From NCBI GenBank assembly GCA_951406725.2, contig OX597819.1, positions 65,658,001 to 65,722,000 on the forward strand: 64,000 bases of DNA, read 5' to 3'. A model generated the notes under the pieces. The model ran no database searches. It had not been told where the DNA came from and was given only the letters and a program-made list of their open reading frames with translations. This DNA comes from Octopus vulgaris (lineage: Eukaryota). Both the position numbers and the translations under genes were made by a program. Every line of letters begins with the position of its first letter. Within the stretch, counting starts at the first letter, position 1. Of this stretch, positions 54,273-64,000 are shown in pieces.

Positions 54273-55609
54273 CAGGCATACATATATACGTGCATACAAA
54301 GTTAGTCATATACATACATATTTTTGTAATAGTAAACCAGCTGCTGCAGATGTACTGCTTTTCTTTGTTTTGCTAGGATTTATGCTGTTTTGGCTTTATT
54401 TGTTTTGTTTTGTGGGCGTGTACATATGCGCGTGTGTGAGTCGTACAGAAAGATGTTGTCGCAGACGGAGTTAAGAGTTTGCTGTCTTTTTCTTGATATC
54501 TCGTTATGTCCATACATATATATAACAAGCAAATTTGCTACTTAAAAATCTCTCTCTCGCTCTGTATATATATATATATACAGAGAGAGAGAGAGCGAGA
54601 GAGAGAGAGAGAGGGAGAGAGTAAGACAAACGGACAGATAGATAGATATATAACAGCCTAATATCGTATATTTCATAGATTGGAAGATAGCTACAAATGG
54701 CCATAAATTTTTCTTAATAAACGTATATACTTTATATAACAGAAATGAAATTTATTTAAAAAAAAAGTATACCGCATGTAGAATGAACATTTTTTCCAAC
54801 GCTATTTATATGAGTCGCTTGTCTAATGCACTTGAGAAAAAATAGCAGAAAATGGGTTGCGTAAATTGCTTATGGTTTACAAATTATTCTCATTCTTATA
54901 AGGTGCGGATGCAAGAATGTCCAAAGTATGCGCATGCGTTAAACTACGTGAACTACAACATACACAGATATAAAAACATGAAATTTGATGTTGCAATGAG
55001 CTCTAACTTATATTTTAGCAAAATTTTACATATCATCGTCGATTCTGAGCATTTTTACGCCAACACATCAAAATACTTAATGATTTCGGTGTCACCATTA
55101 TGGAAGATTATGGAAGACTTCCAATACCTTTGGAATCTTATTCTTAATTTTTATCAAGATAGAATTCATTAATTTACAGTGTTTGTTTTTGAGATTTATT
55201 GATTGCCATATCAGTCCTTAGTTACACTGAGAATCGCTATGCCCTAAATCAGAAACACATCTGTTGAAATATGCAGAACTCTGACAAGCTTGTATCTTTT
55301 ATTATAATATTCTTTGCCAAATGAATTTCACTTAAGATAACCACAATGAAAGTTAATAGCTTATAACAACAACAATAATAATAATAATGAAGATGATGAT
55401 GATGATAATATATGGTATAAAAGATGGGCTACAGCAAATATTCTGCTGAATACCACAGACTTGCTAGTCAGTTATTTGACCTTAACTAGTTGAGTGGCTG
55501 ACGATATGTGCAACTCTGATCATGAGCAGAAGTAGTGGGGGAGCATCATAGTCGTGTGTTGAAAGGAATTCTTGGAGGTTTAGATAATTCACCTTTGGAA
55601 ACATGGGTG

Positions 55610-55985
55610 GTTCGCCGGAAGATCCGAGGATCTCACCGGACTGTTCGATCAGCAGCAGCTACGGGCGGAGTGTACAAAAGGGCAGGGACGTGATCGATGC
55701 AGGCTGATGACCCGCGCCTACCGGGAATTCCTCGTTCACGGGGATTGGTTCCAGGCTCCGATCCCTATCACGGTAGGTGGTTCAGAGGTTTCCTGACCAT
55801 CTCAGGCCGAGGGAGTCGCGCGCGTGCGGCGCCGGACATCTAAAGGCATCGCAGACCTGTTATCGTTCCGCTTCGTGCGGCTTTCCGCCGCCCGTCCCTC
55901 TCAGAAGCGCTACGTTTGCCAACCGACTGGCCTGGATGCTAAAACAGAAATATTTGACGCTCACCAGACGGAGTGGTCTCTTTCT
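55610..55985 (-). pseudogene. 18S rRNA pseudogene fragment (3' major/minor domain)
   Basis: Contains variants of universal SSU reverse-strand motifs: ACGGGCGG(A)GTGTACAAA(A)GGGCAGGGACG, GGGAATTCCTCGTTCA, CGGACATCTAA(A)GGCATC(G)CAGACCTGTTAT and GTCCCTCT(C)AGAAG. Substitutions at invariant sites, an internal deletion, and no other rDNA nearby. Right boundary uncertain (55910-55985). Confidence 0.9.
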
Positions 55986-56578
55986 TGAATTATTCCATAT
56001 TACACGAGCTAATACATTATATATATATATATATATACAAAAACATTCATACCTTACATACATATTTATTAATGTAACTGAAGGTTATTGAACTGAAGGT
56101 TATTGAATATTGGCAAAATAGTTATTTTGATGTTTGTTTCGTAATACGTGTCGAAATAATACTAAATATCCAGGGTTGAAAATATTATTAAAGCGGAGTG
56201 GCTGTGTTATAATGGCATATAGTTACGTGCCCACATAAATTCTGCTCCATGTCAAATCCAATACTAGTCAATATCGGTTTGTTTAGAATTTATATACTAA
56301 AGCGTTAGCAAAACTACATTTATATTAAAATTTCCTGCTCGACAATATGTGCGTAGTGCGATGTCGTTCCTCCATATTAATATCTTGGAGTCGATTATTT
56401 GATTTACAAGAAATAGCAACCAACTCTCCGTTGAATTACAACCTAAGGATTGCGAATGACCAAGTTTTTTGGTAGAATTTTATACAGTATCTTTGCTTAA
56501 TGTGTTCGGTTATCTTCACTCGGAAAGAATAATTGCACAGCACCCTCTTCACATCTGTTATCAATGCATCCCTGCAGG

Positions 56579-56868
56579 GATATACAATCCAGCCTTCATC
56601 AGGTGTCTTGGGGGAAATTTCGAAACTGGGTTCTCATTCCTAATGTATTTTTCGATGATATTATTGTTATTCAGGTAACTGCCTGGAATCGAACTTAACC
56701 ACTACTCCATATGCCCACGAGCATATTATAATAATAATAATGATGATGATAATAACATTGAAAAATAGGAATGACACCTGATGAAAGCTGGAGAGTATAT
56801 CAGCCGAAACGTTGTGTTAACAACAATCAAATATCCGTCAAATATCCGTCAAATGTAAATAATGTAAA
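56579..56868. mobile_element. Family C: two arms head-to-head, internally deleted
   Basis: Minus arm 56579-56715 (partial hammerhead CCAGCCTTCATCAGGTGTC, B box GGAATCGAAC), centre ATATGCCCACGAGCATAT and plus arm 56730-56868. Confidence 0.85.
56773..56818 (+). ncRNA. Minimal type I hammerhead ribozyme
   Basis: GACAC CTGATGA A AGCTG gagagtatat CAGCC GAAA CGTT GTGTT. Palindromic AACGTT stem III; first pair of stem II mismatched. Confidence 0.65.
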
Positions 56869-57357
56869 CAAAGCCACGTCTTACGAAATACGAAGCTAAA
56901 TTTTAAGAATCCTAAAAGTTTATAAACATTAGAAATAAATCTTTGTCCTATATACATATATATATATAATTATGGATTGCTTTCACAAAGTAATATACAT
57001 GTATACATGTATATGTGCAGAATTGTATGTTTTGCTTTATGTGTGAATTCTCATGCATATAATTACATATCTAGACATATACTTATACAGATTTTTACAG
57101 TTCAAATGGTGAATTGGATCTGGAGTCTTCGAATTAGCTTTCACTTTCCTGGTTTTGAAAAGCCTAATTTCTCAAGATTGCTATTTAGGCAGTGTATGTA
57201 TGTATGTATGTATGTATGTATGTATGTATGTATGTATGTATGTATGTACGTATGTATGTACGTATGTACATACGTATGTACGTATGTATGTACGGATGCA
57301 TTCATGCATGCATTTCTGTACATATGACTGCATACAAATACATGTGAGTGCTTGGGT

Positions 57358-57405
57358 GTAGTAGTAGTTGTAGTAGTAGTAGTAGTTATAGTTGTTGTAG
57401 TAGTA

Positions 57406-57453
<48 letters not shown>

Positions 57454-57500
57454 AGAGCAGCAGCAGCAGCATTGGTGGTGGTTGTGGCGGTGGTGGATGT
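57358..57500. repeat. (AGT)n/(AGC)n/(GGT)n microsatellite
   Basis: Directly visible. Confidence 0.92.
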
Positions 57501-57919
57501 GTTAGTGATGACAGCCTCGTAGGTAGTGAAGGTAGTGATGGGCGAGGCTTCACGTGACGGACTTGTTTTTCGACATATCAGCTGATATGATGTTAAAACA
57601 CAGAACTTATGAATTTTTTACACCCTCTGCCTGCCTCTCCGGCCGTTTGGCTGTCTGGCTGACTGTCTGACTAGTTACAGAAACGAAAACAGTACAAGCA
57701 ACAACAGTAACAGCAGCACATGAACCCGGGTAGCAATGATAGGTGCCATTTAGCAAGTTCTTGATAAAACTGTAACAGTCGATGCTATCATTTGCCGTTT
57801 AGTCGACACCCTTGACATGCCTCTACTGCTAATACACATTAAATGTACGTTTATCGTGACTAGATACGTAATTATGACAGGCATACATCTTCCTCTATCT
57901 GTCGTTGCCTTCTAGCTAC

Positions 57920-57968
<49 letters not shown>

Positions 57969-58229
57969 GGTCTGTGCAAGAGAATAGCTGTGAAAATAGC
58001 TTAGGAGAACGGGTAACATACCATTATAGACAGCAAAAAACGTGGCCAGCGTGTAGCAACCATGAATCATACTCTGTACATTTGAAATTTTTTCAGTTCA
58101 ATGGTACAGAGTGGTAAGCTGGAGGTTGTTATATACAGAGTTCGATTCGTGTAGCGGCCTGGTAGCTACATTTTTTCCTTTTTATAAGGGTATTTTTACC
58201 GGATAAACTAAGCAGTTATCTAAGCGGTT

Positions 58230-58376
58230 GTAACTTAGCGGTTCGGCAAAAGGTACCGATAGAATAAGTACTAGGCTTACAAAGAATAAGTCCTGGGGTT
58301 GATTTGCTCGACTAAAGGCGGTGCTCCAGCATGGCCACAGTCAAATGACTGAAACAAGTAAAAGAGTAAAAGAGTA
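58230..58376 (+). mobile_element. SINE family A 3' half (5'-truncated, close to consensus)
   Basis: GTAACTTAGCGGTTCGGCAAAA..GACTAAAGGCGGTGCTCCAGCATGG..GTAAAAGAGTAAAAGAGTA. Confidence 0.9.
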
Positions 58377-58402
58377 TATATGTTATATATCTATCTCGTC
58401 TT

Positions 58403-58767
58403 GACACTCCGCTGTCGGTTACGAGGACGAATGTTCGAGTTGATCCGATCAACGGAACAGCCTGTCGAGAAATTAAAGTGCAAGCGACTGAGCACTCCAC
58501 AGACACGTGTACCCTTAACGTTGTTCTCAGGGAGATTCAGCGTAACACAGCGTGTGACAAGGCTGGCCCTTTCGAAATACATGTACAACAAAAGCATGAA
58601 GAAAGACTGAGAGAAAGTTATGGTGAAAGAGTACAGTAGGGTTTGTCCCCTACCTCCACCATCACTGCTGCTCAATAAACACTCACAACGTCCGGCCTGG
58701 GAATCGAAACCGCGATCCCACGACCGCTAGACCACTTCCATAACCAGTGGGCCATTGCACCCCCCAC
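58403..58767 (-). mobile_element. SINE family E, full length
   Basis: Colinear with 38003-38382. Confidence 0.9.
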
Positions 58768-58794
58768 CACATATATATATACTATCTATCTATC

Positions 58795-58870
<76 letters not shown>

Positions 58871-59551
58871 TAGATAGATATATACTTACAAACTATTCAA
58901 AACAACCAATTACTCTCTATTAAATGTAAAGTATTCAATGTATAGTAAATTTATTGGAAATTGAATCTTCACAGATTTTGCTCAGCTTGTATCAGTGACC
59001 TTTGTTGGATTTTGGCAGCTATCGATATGGTTCACGCAGACATACACGCGCGCGTGCACAGATAGTTACAAATAAACATGCAGACACTTATACTACTACA
59101 ACAACTACTACAACTTCTGCTTTTACCCTACGGATTACATTGTAACACGTGCGTTTGAAAAGCTGTAAAAATTCAGAGAAGGCCTACCCCAAAATTCTCT
59201 CCTTTCCTCGACTGTAGCATTTGTTAGCTGGTTTCATTTTCAGTTATTCATTGCATGTTTAATTAATAATTAATTTTGATTTTGGAAAATATTTCTTCTT
59301 ATACATATATACAAACACATAAACATATGTGTGTGCGCCTGTGTGTGCGTGTATCTAGTACGTAAGTATATATAGGTTATTAATAAGCTTGGTAAAAACT
59401 TTTTCAAAATTTCTGTTATGAATTTTTATCACCATAGCTATCTAGATGTTAAGGAATTAATCTAATTTATCTGTCTTCATTATCTGCAGAAATAAATTAC
59501 TGTAATTGACTATCAATTAAAAATAATAATAATCACATTTATTTTATGAGA

Positions 59552-59592
<41 letters not shown>

Positions 59593-60436
59593 TGTGCAAA
59601 TTTTCTAATGCTTGTTGAACCAAACACCTCTTTGTACTTATCTTGGGTATATGTATAACTAATATGATTCAGCGAATAAAAGAAAAACAAAAAACAAAAA
59701 AAAAAATGCACGACCGATTTCGAGAACTTCAGGACCACATTTCGGAGGATATATTGAAAATTAATAATCTCATGAATATATCGATTTAAGAATCTAATAG
59801 ATTCTTTCGCTCATCCTTTTCTATCTTATTAATTCTATCTTATTTGGGGCTAAATGTATACAAAATTAAAATTGTGCAACGACATTATAATCTTATATAT
59901 ATATATATATTGATAGCTAGTCAGAGATATTTAGATAGATACAAAGGCAGATAGATGAGATAGATAGATAAGATAGATAGATAGATAGATATCGTAAGGT
60001 AGATAAGAATATATCATATAGAGATATATGTGCATATATATATACACACACACGCACACACACATATTGTATATTATCGACTTCACTTAGATGGAAGATT
60101 TTGATTATTTAGTAACTTTTGGTATCGATATAGGTAGCGAATAGATTATAATCAAGCGATTTCTGATCGATGATGAAGTCTTTTGCCAATATTTCAGAGA
60201 AAGGAATTGATTTCTGTCAATAGACCGAGTTGAGATGTGATATCCTGGTTTCAAAAAGAAATCTATCGATTTTTCTGTGAGTTATCTACCGATATATTGC
60301 AAAGAACCATAGTTTAATATCGTTATGCGTGTGTGCGTATGTACAGGTATGTGGATGCGTGTGTCCAAGGCTTTTGTATACATATATATGCAAAATTAAT
60401 ATACATATCCATACACAGAATTATATATATATAGAG

Positions 60437-60526
<90 letters not shown>

Positions 60527-60713
60527 GTTGCATTGCAATCGATTAAATGTTCTTTATGAACGACACTGAACTGATGGAACGTTCCAATCCGCTTTCTGAA
60601 GCCACCTTAATTAAATCTATCTACCTATCTACATACATGGCCTATGGGATGAGGTGGTTGAGTCCTATGCCCTCGACACTTTAGGAAATGTGGAGCTACG
60701 CATATATATATAT

Positions 60714-60807
<94 letters not shown>

Positions 60808-60809
60808 GA

Positions 60810-61010
60810 ATTGTTTCAGTCATTGGTTTTACCATGCGGAGGCATCACCTTCAGGAAATTAGTAGAACAAATCGCCCCCATCACTTATTATTAATATCTT
60901 TGTGTTCTATCAATGGCCATTCTCTCGTGTCGAACTGCTACGATACAGCTACGTAAGCAGGCCTCTACAGGCTTTCAAGCGCCGCTGGGGGAGCAAATGC
61001 AGGCTCAAAG
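60810..61010 (-). mobile_element. SINE family A 3' half, degenerate
   Basis: TTGTTTCAGTCATT..CCATGC..AGAACAAATCGCCCCCA..CGAACTGCTA. Confidence 0.55.
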
Positions 61011-61488
61011 CACAAGTATATAAATAGAAACATACGAAAATACAGTGATGTTTCATATTTTTAGAAACCAGTTATGTTTCTGTCTTCAGAGAATTCCTAC
61101 CAATACCAGTTCCTTTAATCCTTTTATTCTATTGTTTGTTTGTTTGTTTTTGTGCTAGTGTTGGGCATTGGTTTAAACTTCCCTTTCTGCTGCACCGTTA
61201 CACATGATTGTTATTAATTCCAATCAGCCTAAGGTACGTGAATAACGAATAAAATGGGTTTACATTTCCGTGCAACGAGAGGTGATAATACCTGTGACTC
61301 TTGACTTTGAATTCCTTACGTAGCTTTTTAAGCCAACAAATAAATCATATCTCTCTTTCTTTCTCCCTCTCTCTTTCATCCTCTCTTTCTTTCATCCTCT
61401 CTTTCTCACTCTCTTTCTGTCCCTTTCTCCCTCATGTTCTGTCTGTCTCTCCATTCTTTCTGTTTCTGTTAATATTTTAAGATTTTTA

Positions 61489-61878
61489 AGGCGTCGAACT
61501 GGCAGAAACGTTAGCACGCCGGGCGAAATGCTTAGCAGTATTTCGTCAGCCGCTACGTTCTGAGCTCAAATTCTGCCGAGGTCGACTTTGCATTTCATCC
61601 TTTCGGGATCGATTAAATAAGTACCAGTTACGCACTGGGCTCGATATAATCGACTTAATCCGTTTGTCTGTCCTTGTTTGTTTCCTCTGTGTTTAGCCCC
61701 TTGTAAAATAGGTATTTCGTCTGTCTTTAAGTTCTGTTTCAAATTCCGCCGAGGTAGACTTTGCCTTTCATCCTTTCAGGGTTGATAAATTAAGTACCAG
61801 TTGTGTACTGGGTTTGATCTAATCGACTAGCCTCATCCCCCAAAATTTCGGTTCTTGTGCCTAGAGTAGAAAAGAATA
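61489..61878 (+). mobile_element. SINE family B, dimeric form
   Basis: Colinear with 25832-26230; similar flanks AATATTTTAAGATTTTTA / AATATTTTAATATTTTTA suggest a TSD. Confidence 0.92.
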
Positions 61879-62441
61879 TTTTAATATTTTTAGTCTTAAA
61901 GTATTTTAATAATTTCTAGTAAATTCAAAAAATACATATATTCTGGGTTAAGCTTTTGCCGCTTATATCAATCCTTTCCCTGGGTGTTAGCTTTATTTCA
62001 TGAAGCAAAGAGAGATAAAATAAAATGGCCATTTTGTCTGGATATGAATATGGAACCCAATGTTTCATCGTGAGATATCAACAAATTTCATCGAATACTT
62101 TAACAACCTTTCCAAATAATCATGTTCCAAAATCAGAAATTTCGAACTTACATCCCTTCCATTATACTGCATTGATATTTCATTCTTCTCGACGTGAAAA
62201 AAATTAGATGGAAGGATGACTAACGTCAGATTTGAAAAGAATCGAAAGCGCCGGGACATATACCAAGATACCTTTAGTCCGACGATTTAATAATCCTATC
62301 AATTCAGTTTTAGCATTCGTTATAATAGGAGGAGGAGACTCCCTTCAGTCATGAATGACTATGGAACTGCACCTAGAAAATTACACTCCGAGGCACAGGT
62401 CAGAGCAAGATTGTTTGTGGAAGGCTAGTAGTCACCCATGC

Positions 62442-62473
<32 letters not shown>

Positions 62474-62477
62474 CCAT

Positions 62478-63083
62478 TCTGCTACAGTTACAAGGCCTGA
62501 AATTTTGGTGGAGAGGACTAGTCGATTACATAAAACTTAATGCTCGACTGGTACTTAGTTTATCGACCCTGAAAGGATAGAAGGCGAAGTCGACCTCGGT
62601 GGAATTTGAACTCAGAAGGTAGTGGCAAACGAAATGCTGCTAAGCATTTCGCCCGGCATGCTAACGATTCTGTCAGCTCACTACCTTAATAATAATCCAT
62701 TCCACTAACGGCACAAGGCCTGAAATTTGGTAGGAAGGGACTAGTAGACTAGTGTGTAACTGGTACTTAATTTATCGACTCCGAAAGGATGAAGGGTAAA
62801 GTCGACCTCGGCGGAATTTGAACTCAGAACGTAACGGCAGACGAAATACCTATTTCTTTACTACTCACAAGGGGCTAAACACAGAGAGGACAAACAAGGA
62901 CAGACAAACGGATTTAGTCGATTATATCGAGCCCAGTGCGTAACTGGTACTTATTTAATCGACTCCGAAAGGATGAAAGGCAAAGTCGACCTCGGCAGAA
63001 TTTGAACTCAGAACGTAACTGCAGACGAAATACCGTTAAGCATTTCGCCCGGCGTGCTAACGTTTCTGCCAGCTCGCCGCCTT
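62478..63083 (-). mobile_element. Family B dimer (62700-63083) plus monomer (62478-62688) in tandem
   Basis: Three central domains on the minus strand, with (AAT)n spacers between elements. Confidence 0.9.
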
Positions 63084-63508
63084 GATAATTATAATAATGA
63101 TAGCTTTAATTTTTGGCATAAGGTCAGGGAATGCGAGAGATGGGGAGCAAGATGATTACATTGACCCCCCATGACATTGCTGCTTCTTATTTTTATCCAT
63201 CTCGAAAAGATGAAGAACAAATTCCAGTTCAGCAGACTTTTATTGAATCGGAAGAAACACGACTCTACATTGTTCAGTGCTTTAACGATCGTGCTACCTC
63301 GCTACCTTAGTGGTGATGAGGATGATGATGATGATGACGATGGTGATGTCGATGACGATGATGATGACAGCAATAACAATAATATGAGCAGAATATAAAT
63401 TATTTAAACAAAACAAATAAATGTATATACAACAAACACACACACACACATATATTTATATATATGTATATGTATATATATGTATATATATATGTATATA
63501 TATATGTG

Positions 63509-63540
<32 letters not shown>

Positions 63541-63564
63541 TGTATACGGACATACAGATATGCA

Positions 63565-63604
<40 letters not shown>

Positions 63605-63656
63605 TACATATGCACATATTTATATATGCACACATATACACAAATGCATACACGTA

Positions 63657-63693
<37 letters not shown>

Positions 63694-64000
63694 TTATATC
63701 ACTTAGAATTCTAGTCTGTTTTAACTACAATGCACGTTTCCAATCACCGACAAGACGCTACATGCTTTGTTAAAATCCTCCATGTTATATTATTCAATTC
63801 TAATGTCTTTGTTATGTCTTCATTGTGAACTACAATTGCTATATGAGACATTTTTCGTTGATCTTATTATTATCATGCTACAAAACGATGCTGATAGTTG
63901 CAGCTGTTATTTGATATATGCTCTTCGACTTGTTATATTTCTACCGTGTTTGTTTTCTTCTTGTCGTCGTCTTTCCCCACGATATCATATTTGTATTTGT

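Noticed and set aside
62325-62442. Complex segment recalled as resembling a retroelement UTR
   Set aside because: Single occurrence in the window; cannot be classified without a search.

Overview
AT-rich, extremely microsatellite-dense eukaryotic non-coding DNA, intergenic or inside a large intron. It is most likely from an octopus/cephalopod; this is an inference from the SINE types, microsatellite load and a divergent GC-rich 18S fragment. No intact host protein-coding gene can be supported, and nearly all listed ORFs are read-throughs of simple repeats or SINEs. Contents: (i) many copies of tRNA-headed SINEs (working names A, B, E, F), with E/F heads and tails swapped combinatorially; (ii) two interspersed families carrying minimal type I hammerhead ribozyme motifs; (iii) 5'-truncated R4/Dong-like retroelement ends in (AAT)n/(GAT)n tracts, RTE-like RT remnants and Tc1/mariner/Tigger MITEs and remnants; (iv) an 18S rRNA pseudogene fragment. 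The most interesting system is family C. It reconstructs as a ~650-bp near-perfect palindrome with two back-to-back tRNA-like Pol III heads in the centre and one hammerhead per strand. Family D has a variant hammerhead core and occurs as inverted and tandem pairs. Coordinates were read by eye and repeat boundaries are approximate. Family and domain names are from memory, not database searches.
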